A model generated the notes under the pieces. That model saw only the letters and a program-made list of their open reading frames with translations, was not told where the DNA came from and did no database searches. The position numbers were made by a program, and so were the translations under genes. A stretch of DNA of 63,803 nt, the filler included, from Octopus bimaculoides (lineage: Eukaryota): NCBI RefSeq assembly GCF_001194135.2. It is 7 parts of 6 records of this genome, joined end to end, with 100 filler letters (N's around TTAATTAATTAA, not from the genome) between each part and the next. Parts side by side here need not be neighbours in the genome. Positions count along the whole stretch, not along the records: positions 51,849 to 63,803 come from NC_068985.1; 6 more parts are not named here. One strand, 5' to 3'. Each line of letters begins with the position of its first letter. Position 1 is the first letter of the stretch. Below are positions 52,216 through 63,803 of the stretch, piece by piece.

Positions 52216-53863
52216 TACGTATAGCAGTACGCTTGTATGTATGCATATTGACGTCTGTATATGTGTGTGTGTGCGTGTGTGTGTATACATACATGCATGT
52301 GATGAATGGAACTCGAATACGAGCTATATATCATCATGAACAGCACGTAAGTGGCTTATCAGTTCTACTATGGACCTAGGATCTAGTCGGTTTGGCTGCC
52401 AGCATCAATTCTATTCGAATTGATTTAATATTCAGTGTAATGATACACTTTTATTGGTTAATGAACGACCTGAAAATCATTTTCGCTATAAATGAATAAA
52501 TAAAGAGTTATTAGCAATCAAAGTTCGAAACTTTTGGTAATTTAAGCTAATCGTAAACCAAAGACACGTTCGTTTCTTTTTGCCATGGAGATGGTTGTGA
52601 AGTGAGCTAAAAATGACAGCTAAATAGCCTTTTTGTTTTTTGGAGAAAGTGGCTGTGTTGTAAGTTGCTTGCTTACTAACCACATGGTTCCGGGTTCAGT
52701 CCCACTGCGTGGCATCTTTGGCAAGTGTCTTCTACTATAGTTTCAGGCTGACCAAAGCCTTGTGAGTGGATTTGGTAGATGGACATAAACAACATGAAAT
52801 ACGAAAATAACTGGAGATACAAATAGAAAACAAGACAAGTAACACAAAAAAAACAAAAAACTTTCATCAGTTGTCGGCTGTCCTTCGACTCCTTATTTCG
52901 AGCAATCAATCGACGCGATAAGACTTTGAAGGCATCTGCTTCCGCGAACCGAAAAAAAAAATTGGGGAATTTGCGGAGGATTAAAGTTGGTGACAAAAAC
53001 AGGACATATAACAAACGATTACAAACAAGGAGGGCCGTTAGGCACAGACGAGTTAAGATGGTGAACGCTGGAAGAGAATTCTTTGATAAGAGAAAAGAGA
53101 AGAGACAGATACGAATGCGTCTGAACTGCGCAAAGGAGTAAAGGAAAAGAAGGATGGTCACGCGACGAAAGGAAGGAAGGATGGTTGATGGTCACGTGTG
53201 AGCAACGAGAGGGAGTAAAGGAGGAAGAGGGACAGAGAGAAGGACAGACAGGTAGAAAACGGTGAAGGGGAGAGAGAGAAAGAAATAGCGAAAGGATGAG
53301 AGAGAAAACGGAAGGGAGACAGAAAGTGTGAGCAGTAAACGAAGGAGTAGGAGGGAGTCGCATCAATTATATTAAGCAAAAAAAAAAAAAGAAACGGATA
53401 ACAAATTATTTTATTTATTCATTAATGTTCGAAACCGAGGTACAAGTGGTAACTATTCAATGTTTGTATTTTGCATCCTCTTCGATATTACTCATAACCG
53501 TGGTTTGGGCTTTGACTGTTCATTTTGCCATGTAAGGTGTCCTGTTAGGGTCACCTTTTTTGTATATAAATGTACACTAGTTGTATATATANNNNNNNNN
53601 NNNNNNNNNNNNNNNNNNNNNNNNNNNNNNNNNNNNNNNNNNNNNNNNNNNNNNNNNNNNNNNNNNNNNNNNNNNNNNNNNNNNNNNNNNNNNNNNNNNN
53701 NNNNNNNNNNNNNNNNNNNNNNNNNNNNNNNNNNNNNNNNNNNNNNNNNNNNNNNNNNNNNNNNNNNNNNNNNNNNNNNNNNNNNNNNNNNNNNNNNNNN
53801 NNNNNNNNNNNNNNNNNNNNNNNNNNNNNNNNNNNNNNNNNNNNNNNNNNNNNNNNNNNNNNN

Positions 53864-53921
<58 letters not shown>

Positions 53922-54550
53922 AGGGCAAAGCGAGAGAAAGAAAAGAAACAGAAAGTAAGAGGTTATAAAAATGTGGAAGTACATTTCAAAATTCAGGAAA
54001 GAATAATGGATGTAAAATATCTGTCGATATACGATTTTCACCTTGATTATAGCAGAATGGTTTTGAAATATGTTTAATATATCCTCGAGAAAAAGTAAAT
54101 CACGTTATATACTGAGACAACAGAATATAAGTTATGTATATACATATAATTTTGTATGTGCGTGTGTGCGTGTATATGTGTAGGTGCTTCATGTTTACAC
54201 ACGCACACAAACACTCACATATATTATATATGTAAGCGAATGTATAAATGTGTGTTTATTATATGTACACACATATGTATATATATTAATATATTACATA
54301 CACTTATAAAAATACATATTTGTGTGCATTTGTGTTTATACATATATTTGTTTGTATATATATTTGTGGGTGATTGTGTGTGTGTATGTGTGTGCATGTA
54401 TGTGTATGTCTGTATGTATGCATGTATGACAATGAAGTATAGTTACACTTTGAAATATGTACACATTTGTATGAGTGTCAATAGAAATTATTATACACGA
54501 ATACACACGTTCAGGCACTCGAAAAGACAAACTTAAATATAATTTTCGTC

Positions 54551-54598
<48 letters not shown>

Positions 54599-55123
54599 NN
54601 NNNNNNNNNNNNNNNNNNNNNNNNNNNNNNNNNNNNNNNNNNNNNNNNNNNNNNNNNNNNNNNNNNNNNNNNNNNNNNNNNNNNNNNNNNNNNNNNNNNN
54701 NNNNNNNNNNNNNNNNNNNNNNNNNNNNNNNNNNNNNNNNNNNNNNNNNNNNNNNNNNNNNNNNNNNNNNNNNNNNNNNNNNNNNNNNNNNNNNNNNNNN
54801 NNNNNNNNNNNNNNNNNNNNNNNNNNNNNNNNNNNNNNNNNNNNNNNNNNNNNNNNNNNNNNNNNNNNNNNNNNNNNNNNNNNNNNNNNNNNNNNNNNNN
54901 NNNATCGATATTTTAAATCTCGATAAATTGTTGAAATAAATATAATTTTCTGTCAATCTCATGCACTGCTAATAGAAGAGAAAAAATATATATAATTTAT
55001 CGCTGTCTCATTTCATTCTTTCTTTCCTTTTTCTTTTTCTTTTTTTTTGTGTACATTTCCACTATCTTTCTTCCAATCTCTCTCTATCACTATTTGACTC
55101 TCTTGCTATCTATCTTTGTTTCT

Positions 55124-55181
<58 letters not shown>

Positions 55182-58006
55182 CTATTGTTTGGAAATAAAA
55201 TAAATGTGAGAAACGAAACAAACAAGTGGAACTTAGTGAACGTATCTATAGTGATAGGTATCAAAAATAGAATCTTATATACTTCTTTATGGAGAAGACT
55301 TTTTGTCGTCTTATCACTACACTCGTCGCCCTAAACACCTACCATCATCATCGACGTTGTCGGCATTTTTGTTATTAATTTAACATTTTGAATATAAATA
55401 CAAATCTTTTTTTTATTGGACACAAAGGTTCTACATGTTTGGGGACAGCCAGAAAAAAAAAAGAGCTATGAATGTAGATCGATTAAAACGAAGGTGAAAC
55501 AGCTTAATTGATAATATATGTCAAAAAGAAACCTATTACACATTGGCAGCAACAAGGTACCGAAAGCTTTTGACTGATTAAAATCAAAATCTTCCTTTCA
55601 TGCTCTACATTGTATCGTATTAGGTGTAGACTGTTGTACATAGATCTGTTGGGGATCGCACATGTTTATGCCTCTTCGACAAGTACCAGTCATTTGGTGA
55701 GCGCCTTTTATCAAAATTTTCAATACTATTTTAGTCACAGATACGGTCCTGAAGTTACCCGTTACGTATCCCTTGTTCGAATCTTTTCTTAGCTCCGAAG
55801 AATAGGAATGTGAGTGTTCCCTGGCAATAACGAATAATTCTCGCATGTAGCAATAAATTTTACAAGAGAGATCTGCCAGCCTCGGCGATTTGCTTTTCAC
55901 ACAGAAACTTAACATATACGATACTTCATTTGCTGGAATAAGATATTCACAGCACTGAGCGACTTTAATCGAGAGTCGCTGCAGACCATCACCTTAGGCA
56001 TCGTCGTCTACCGCATTCAGACCTACAGTACTAGCAAACAATTCATCAAGTGTTCCCGCAAATCTGTATGTAACTGTTTTGAATTGGATAGCATGCGCTC
56101 GCTGTGATCCATCTGAGAATAAAAGGCACATTTGTTTTCCTGAGGTACTTCTGCCACCACAGTAATTGAGCAGATTTCACTCCTTAGTCTTTCAATGCAT
56201 GTGCCCTAGCAAGAACAACGCAAATGGACCTCTAGCATGCCGTAGGGTAAACTCGTTAATGTTCCTAATCTAATCGACATGTACCTATTGCAATGTCTGG
56301 TTATGTAAGGTTCCTTTTTAAAGTTATCTCTATAGAAATTAGGCCCAGCTCTGAAAGTTACGAGGTTTCGTATACGAATACGTCTACGAAAACAATGCGA
56401 AAATAGAAAAATGGGTAATTGTTGTACATGCATATTTCAAGAGTTATTGCCGTTTCTTCAGCACCACATTCAACCCATTAACCATCCACGAACATATTGT
56501 TTAAATAGCTACCAAATATAGACGTGTAACATAACAGGATATACTAATTTACATATTAATTACTAGTAGGGACACCATATTTCGTTATACTATGTATATT
56601 TAGTCAATACAGCTAACACAGGTGGGGCACAGTCTTGTCACATAAGCCTTAAACATACTTGGTACAATATTATGATTGCATAACGAAGTACGGCTTCCCT
56701 ACCAGCAAGTGATAGTTGCATAAATGTACTTCTTTGCTAAAGATAATGGATATTGGTTTAATTTAGTGTGACCTAACCTCTGTTTTTGATAATGATCTTT
56801 GAGAGCTTAAAGTTCCGTATTATGTCGATATTTTAAAGAGGTTTCCATGTTTTATTGATAAACACCTTGAAATCAGTGTTCGTGGATGCTATGTTGTTCC
56901 TAATGTACGAATAAATACTTACTGGTTTTATCGAGCTTGCAGATAATGAGGGGACTTTTTTACCTTCATAGTTTTTTCTCCAGTCCCCTCAACGTTCTTT
57001 TAACCTTCTCTCTACAGCACCGAGGGCAGATGCATTGCTAATTATGCCAGAGGGCACTACTTCAAATTATCATTCACCTAACAGTGAAATGTTTGTTTAG
57101 CGTTTCCTGAAGCTCGATATTACCTTAGTTGTCGATACATCAATGTCTTAATCCTTGACCAGATAAGACAAGGTAAATCAGTTAACATACATTAACATTT
57201 ATTAGTAAGGATCATAAGTCCTGTAGCAGGTTAGCTCGTAGGGGTTCAACTACTGGATACATTGTTTTCACTAAGTTTATATACACCTAGCCACAAATTG
57301 GTAGAATCAATGCCTCAACAAAGTTCACGTTATACGCCTAGAAGTTGGGCACAAAAGCAACTTAATAAAGCCCTTAATTAACCCCCGTTGACTTTATAAT
57401 ATTTTCGCAGTTTGCAAGTGATATATTATTTCTGTGGAGGCCCAATAGCCCTGTGGTTAGGACAGCGGACTCGCGGTCATAGGATCGCAGTTTCGATCCG
57501 CAGACCGGGTGTTGTGAGTGTTTATTGAGCGAAAACACCTAAAGCTCCACGAGGCTCCGGTAAGGGATGGTGGCGAACCCTGCTGTACTCTTTCACCACA
57601 GCTTTCTCTCACTCTTTCTTCTTGTTTCTGTTGTGCCTGTAATTCAAAGGGCCAGCCTTGTCACACTCTATGTTACGCTGAATATCCCCGAGAACTACGT
57701 TAAGGGTACACGTGTCTGTGGAGTGCTCAGCCACTTGCACGTTAATTTTACGAGCAGGCTGTTCCGTTGATTAGATCAACTGGAACCCTCGACGTCGTAA
57801 GCGACGGAGTGCCAACAACAAATTATTTCTGTACAGATATGTTAGATAACTTGTTGTAAATATTTAAAAGGGTGAATATGGTCATTTAAAAGTTTGTTAG
57901 AGAATCAACCTACGCTGATCAATGCCTTGTGTATGTCTGCGTGTATTCATATGTATGTGTATTGGTGTGTCGTTGTGTATTGCATTTGTATAACTTTAAT
58001 ATGCTT

Positions 58007-58078
<72 letters not shown>

Positions 58079-59321
58079 TGTGTGTGTGTGCGTGCGAGAA
58101 TATACGAGTATTTCAGATATCTCAGTATTTGTGCATGCGTACGCATGCGTAATTTATAGTGTATGCATCTCATAAAGTATATATTTCTTGAGCTGGCAAA
58201 CTAAATATAATGAAACTTCAGGTGCCTGTATCTTCTGCTTAACCATTCATAATGAATACTAACCTGAAACACATAATTAGCTCTATTCAGTTATACAGAG
58301 CAAGACAATTGGAAAGTGTGACTGTCATGAATTTGTCACCACACAAATTTCAAATAGCTCCAGATAGAACTCAAATCTCTGTCTGTCTCTCTGTCTGTCT
58401 CTCTGTCTGTCTGCTTGTCTGTGTGAGTATGTGTGCGAGTGTTCCTGCTTGTCTTTCACTATCCATTTTTATATCTATCTATTACTAAGGAAACGATTCG
58501 TGACACTCGATATGGCCGTGGTGATTTGCTAACTAAGCTTTAATACACATATGAACACGCGCGCGCACACACGAATGCCTGTGTGTGTGTATGTATATAT
58601 TTGTATGCATAAGTTTGTGTGTGTGTATACATATATATATGTGTGTGTGTGTGGGTGTGTGTGTGTGTGNNNNNNNNNNATATATATATATATATATGCA
58701 CAGGCACCCACACACATACATACGCACATGCACAAAACACACATAAAGAGATGCTAATGTGTGTGCTCCCACAAATTTACGATTTGATTTTGCATATATA
58801 CATATATATATGTGTGTGTGTGTGGGTGTGTGTGTGTGTGGGTGTGTCTGGAGAAATATTTGTGTGTGAGTATTTTGCTATGAGCGCGGTTGTAAACGTT
58901 GTTATATACGCGTCTGTACGTCAGTCGGGTAACACGTGCGTATGCTAGCAGCTGCTTCGTAGGATCAATGGGGCCTTCTGTACAGAGTAGACTGAAATTC
59001 CCTTTTCTCCCCTTTAAAGCAGAATTGGTGTTTAGATTTTATACTAACCAGTCAGTCATTCGAGTACAGACAGATTGTATGTGTATATGTACATGTGTGT
59101 TGTTCTGGATGTGAACATATGCATCTGTGTGTCTGCCCGTGTGTGTATGTGTATTGGCTTGTCTCGGTATACCTGTGTTAGTGTTTGTTAATGTAACTGT
59201 GTATGCACTTGCGTATGGCGTGACATGATATATTCAGTGTTGATTTTACTAATTTGTTTATATTCAACCAGTGTATAATTAATGACTGCAAGTCTATATA
59301 AGAAAACCTGTGTTTTTTCAG

Positions 59322-59442
59322 ATGCTGGGCAACGGTACCCTTTTGATATCTAAGGTATTCATGGAAGACAAGGGGCGGTATGGCTGCACTGCAAACAATA
59401 CGGCGGGTCTTCAACGCTACGAAGCTTACCTGGATGTTGCGA
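59322..59442 (+). CDS. PTK7: PTK7/off-track-like receptor pseudokinase, exon encoding the C-terminal half of the membrane-proximal Ig domain
   Basis: Acceptor ttttttcag|ATG and donor GCG A|gtaagt. Encodes MLGNGTLLISKVFMEDKGRYGCTANNTAGLQRYEAYLDVA, with the Ig I-set motifs NGTL and DxGxYxCxA. Ends in phase 1, matching the next exon. Confidence 0.85.
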
Positions 59443-59829
59443 GTAAGTTGCTTTTGTTACGATTGCCTTCTTTTCTCCTTTGTTTGTTTAGTTTTTGTTG
59501 TCGTTGTTGTTGCTGTTGTTGTTACTTGTTCGTTCATGTGAAGGTGAATGGGAAGGAGAATTTCTTGAAGTTCAATGATAAGAGACTTTTGTGATGTGAT
59601 TAAAATAATGTCAGCCTGAAAGAAATGCAATTAGAATAATTTCGTTTCTTGACATGGATACATCAACAACAACAACAACAACACCAGCAACAACAACTAC
59701 CGACAACAATTTTACAGTTAATTAATTTAAGAGAAGACTACGACACGTACAAATAGCTCAACTTCTGAAAAGGATCACGAATCACGAGGGTGATTTTTCT
59801 GAAAGCTAATACTTGGAAGCTAATACTTA

Positions 59830-60040
59830 TCCATCAGTTAGCTAGCCGGACAAAATGCTGCTTAGCAACATTTCTTCCGGCTCTTTACGTTCTGAGTTCA
59901 GATGCCGCCAAGTTCGACTTTGCTTTGCCTTTTATATTTTCGCGGTCGGTGTAATAAGTACCAGCTGACCAATGGGGTTGATTAAATGGAACTGACCCCT
60001 GCCCTCAGAATTGCTGACTTCGCGTCAAAATTCGAAAAAT
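59830..60040 (+). mobile_element. SINE family with a ctttgcctttcatcctttcggggtcgataaaataagtaccag core
   Basis: Recurrent copies at about 830-1020, 8660-8960, 11910-12120, 33270-33490, 34190-34300 and 39860-40030 (-). Confidence 0.7.
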
Positions 60041-61335
60041 ATATTCGTAGGTGCGGGCGTTACTGTGTGGTAAGAAGTTTACTTCCCAACCACATGATTC
60101 CGGGTTCAGTCCCACGGCGTGACACCTTGAGCGAGTGTTTTCTACAATAGCCTCGTGCCAGCCAAAGCCTTGTGGGTGGATTTGGTAGACAGAATCGGAA
60201 AGAAACCCGTCGTATGTGTGTGTGTGCGCGCATGTATATGTGTGTGCGCGTGTGCATGTATAAATTTACGCGTGTTTCTGTATTTCTCCCCCATCACCGC
60301 TTGATAACCGGTGTTGGTGTGTTTACGTCCTCGTAACTTAACGGTTGGGCAAAAGAGACCGATAGAATAAGTGCTTGGCTTACAAAGAATAAGTCCTGGG
60401 GTCGATTCGATTTGTTTGACTAAAATCCTTCGGGGCGGTGCTCCAGCATTGCCGCAGTCAAATGACTTAAGCAAATAAAAGAATAAAAGAATATACCTTT
60501 AATGTGGTCGTCCACTAAGAGACAACGATGCTGCCATTTAACCCCGGGAAAACATCTCCACTTGGTTTATTCAATCTGCTTCCCAAACTCAGTATTTATT
60601 GAAAACAGGTGGTAACTCCTGCCACGCTAGCTTCAAGACCACCAGACCACGTGGTTTCGGTCTCTAGTGGCTCTCCTCGGAAGTGGGTACTCGTTGCGTG
60701 TGTGTGTCTTTGTATTTGTCCCTCAACACTGCTTGACAACAACTGTTCGGCAAAAGAGACCGATAGAATAAGTAGCAGGCTTAAAAAGAAATTAATTATT
60801 TGGCACGATCTTTTCGACTAAAAATCTTACAAGGAGGTGCCCCAGCATGGCAGCAGTCTAATGACGGACACAAGTAAAAGATATAAGATGTAAAAGAAAA
60901 TCACTATATATTTTCCATCTGTTATTCGTCGGGCAATCAATTTGTCACATGTGAGTATTATGTTGCCAAAGTTAACAAATAATGGACTTAATTGAATTTT
61001 CAGAGATATAAGTATATGAGTGATTAGATCTGTGGGATGTTAGATGAAATTTTCCTTGGTTCACGTGAAGAGATGAACTCCAGTCTGCAAATTAATCAAA
61101 CAAACGTTGCCATTGTTTTGAATAACGAACTGTTCCAATGCTGCGGTCAAGCAGCGGATCCCGAAGAATCTAGTTATGTTTCGTATACGCAATATGTAAT
61201 AGAAATACTTCAAGCAGTAAAGTAAATTTTAACATTTGGAGGAGGATGAGATGTCCAACGTTTCAAGCAAACTCCTTCTTCGGAGAGAAATTTATTGTTC
61301 GCTGATGTTAAAGAATAATTAAATTGAGATTAATG

Positions 61336-61383
<48 letters not shown>

Positions 61384-61822
61384 TGAGAAAGAGTGGGGAA
61401 TGCAGAAGAGGTAACAAGTGTTAATGGAGTGAAAAACCAACAGTAAGAGCAACGAAATAATAAAGGAAACGTCTGTGCATTTGAAAGATTTTGTGGGAGG
61501 AAAGAGAGCCGACAATGAAGAAATATTATACAGAACATAGAAACGCGCACGCGCACACACACACACAGATACATATACATACATACATGCGCGCATTCGT
61601 GACAGTTTTGCATGGCGCAAACACTATTCCCTATAGGGCTGCTGCAACATAATCAAAATCTCCGTAAAATGTTCTTAATTTGAAAGAAAATTTCATGCAA
61701 ACATGTTTCCCTTGGAAATCTTTCTTTAGGCATTCGTTCATTATAGAATGTTTATGTCGATCACTGAATGACGTGGCATGGTATGCCTATTATTACACTG
61801 AAGATCAAGTTCACACACACAA

Positions 61823-61853
<31 letters not shown>

Positions 61854-61963
61854 CACAAATACACACACACACACAGTAGTCGCGAGCTCGCTGCACCGAA
61901 TGGTTGGCGCACTGTTTGAAAGATGTTTCCTTTTAAATAGGAGCACGTGCGTATCTATCTACA

Positions 61964-62049
<86 letters not shown>

Positions 62050-62371
62050 TTCTCTCTGTCTCTCTCTCTCTCTCTCTTTCGCTCTCTCTCTTACTCCTCT
62101 CTTTCTCTATCTGTCTATTTCTGCCTGTAATACGGTGACTACACCGCATCTAATATCATTTATCTTTAGACGTTATCTCATTGTAATTTTCCACAAACGT
62201 TACACGTGCATTAACCGTGCACACGCACGCACACATGACCACCCCCCACGCACGCACACACAAGCACACAAGCACACATACATATCTTTTAATTCCAAAT
62301 AACGAAAACGGATAAAATATATTTGAAACAGTTAAATTATGTTGATCTCTGTCGTCATCTCTTTTTAACAG

Positions 62372-62545
62372 GTGCTGCCGAGTATGAGAAGACTATTAAG
62401 CAGGAAGACAGTTTCAATATGATGAAGACAGTGATAATCGCTGTTTGCAGCGCTGGAGCTTATCTCGCACTTGTTATTGGCCTCACGGCCTTCTGTAGTT
62501 ATCGGCTTTTAATGCAAAGACGAAACAGGAAAGCGTTTTCACCAA
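62372..62545 (+). CDS. PTK7: PTK7/off-track-like exon encoding the juxtamembrane and transmembrane segment
   Basis: Acceptor ctttttaacag|GT (phase 1; A+GT=Ser with the previous exon) and donor CCA A|gtacgt. Encodes AAEYEKTIKQEDSFNMMKTVIIAVCSAGAYLALVIGLTAFCSYRLLMQRRNRKAFSP. The TM segment resembles vertebrate PTK7 MIQTIGLSVGAAVAYIIAVLGLMFYC as I recall it, followed by a basic stop-transfer. Confidence 0.88.
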
Positions 62546-63407
62546 GTACGTGTTTGTTGTATTAAACTTGTGACTGTTTGATTGGAAGCTTATCTGAGCA
62601 CGTCTATACGCAACGCTCTTGTTCATGAATGCATGCAATAAGTAAAGCGAATCACTACATGGAATAAATATGCATCATTTGATATAAATAACTTTGAAAA
62701 TCCACAATAAGACATGGTAGCATAAAATTATATGGAAGAGTGAATGTGTGTGTGTGTGAGAGAGAGAGAGAGGGGCAGAGGGGAGAGAACCAGTGACAGA
62801 TGGCTTTTCTTAATATAACCAAATCTTCTAAATCGGTACTTTTCAAAGTGGGAGGTGCTGCCCCACTGGGAAGCGATAGAAAGATTTATATATGTACTGG
62901 GAACAAAGGGAACGGTAGGGGTGGCTATAGGTTGCTTTGATTTTTATAAACATTTAAAATTTTTATTTTGTGTACGAATCAGCTGCTAATATTAATTCTG
63001 ATTTACACCCGTAATTATTGGAGCGTTACGATATGTAGCCAACTGCCTCAGCATCAACCTTTAGAAATTAGGATTCTCTAAACCAGAGAAGAAAGCTAAT
63101 TACAAGGCTACAGACATAAGCAATCAATGGAACTGTCAAAATATATACGACATTCCAACAGCTTAACAACGTAAGTACAAATGCGCGTTTAGGCGTGCAA
63201 CTATGTGCATGACTGCACATACCTAAAACATGCAGATCTGCACATCTACTGACTCCAAATAGTTGCACAGTTAACACTTACGTGCTCAACTAATACATTG
63301 TTGACGTTGTCGAAATTCCAATGACGGAGTCTTGGATCTAAATTTGAAACCGGCTCTTTCCCCATTGCAGGAAATCTAGAAATAAATCTAAATAATAGCA
63401 TACATGT

Positions 63408-63706
63408 GGAGGCGCAATGGCCCAGTGGTTAGGGCAGCGGACTGGCGGTCGGAGGATCGCGGTTTCGATTCCCAGACCGGGTGTTGTGGGTGTTTATTGA
63501 GCGAAAACACCTAAGTTCCACGAGGCTCCGGCAGTGAGTGGTGGTGACCCCTGTTGTACTCTTTCGCTCCAACTTTCTCTCACTATTTCTTCCTGTTTTT
63601 TTAGTAACGCTGCGATGGACTGGCGTCCCGTTCAGGTGGGGGGAACACATACTCCATAGAAACCGGGAAACCGGGACCATGAGCCTGGCTAGGCTTTGAA
63701 AGGGCA
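63408..63706 (+). mobile_element. tRNA-derived SINE
   Basis: ggaggcgcaatggcccagtggttagggcagcgg...ggtttcgattcccagaccggg. Near-identical heads at 35625-35752 and 57436-57820. Confidence 0.85.
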
Positions 63707-63803
63707 AAAAAGGGGAAAAGGAATAGCATACATAGTAATTTGGGATGGTGAACGAAACTATGTACGGTAGCGGAAGTGTAACCATGGGTGTGTGTGGTTA
63801 AGA

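Noticed and set aside
52926-53141. Basic 71-aa ORF (MKASASANRKKK...)
   Set aside because: Lies within a purine-rich repeat with possible relatives elsewhere in the window; compositional artefact.
63371-63407. Good acceptor ctctttccccattgcag with phase-1 frame RNLEINLNNSIH as the next PTK7 exon
   Set aside because: Runs into a SINE head, has no convincing donor and shows no recognisable PTK7 similarity.
35625-63706. tRNA-like heads at 35625, 51609, 57436 and 63408 as tRNA genes
   Set aside because: They continue into SINE bodies and lack a complete cloverleaf.
246-63803. Many ORF-track entries made of HTHT, CVCV, YIYI, LSLS, ERER, YYYY or X runs
   Set aside because: They are translations of (CA)n, (TA)n, (GA)n and (CTA)n microsatellites or read-through of N gaps, not genes.
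1-63803. CRISPR arrays, rRNA genes or prokaryotic operons
   Set aside because: None seen; the sequence is eukaryotic intronic and repeat DNA.

Overview
AT-rich, microsatellite- and retroposon-dense animal genomic DNA with many N gaps and assembly artefacts. It is most likely cephalopod (Octopus-like); this is inferred from the repeat families and not proven. The only gene I can name is PTK7/off-track on the + strand: an Ig-domain exon (59322-59442) and the juxtamembrane/transmembrane exon (62372-62545), joined by compatible splice phases. I found no earlier PTK7 exons by eye. Instead, 28-46 kb (and possibly about 12.9 kb) holds short, splice-site-flanked, partly phase-compatible open exons on the - strand. 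These suggest an unidentified antisense, possibly nested, gene lying in CpG-depleted sequence. The rest is decayed mobile DNA: mariner, Tigger/pogo, hAT and MITEs; LINEs of the R4/Dong, CRE, RTE and CR1 clades; Penelope-like remnants with degenerate hammerhead-ribozyme-like motifs; tRNA-derived SINEs; and a long fold-back palindrome. All translations and alignments were done by eye; no database searches were run.
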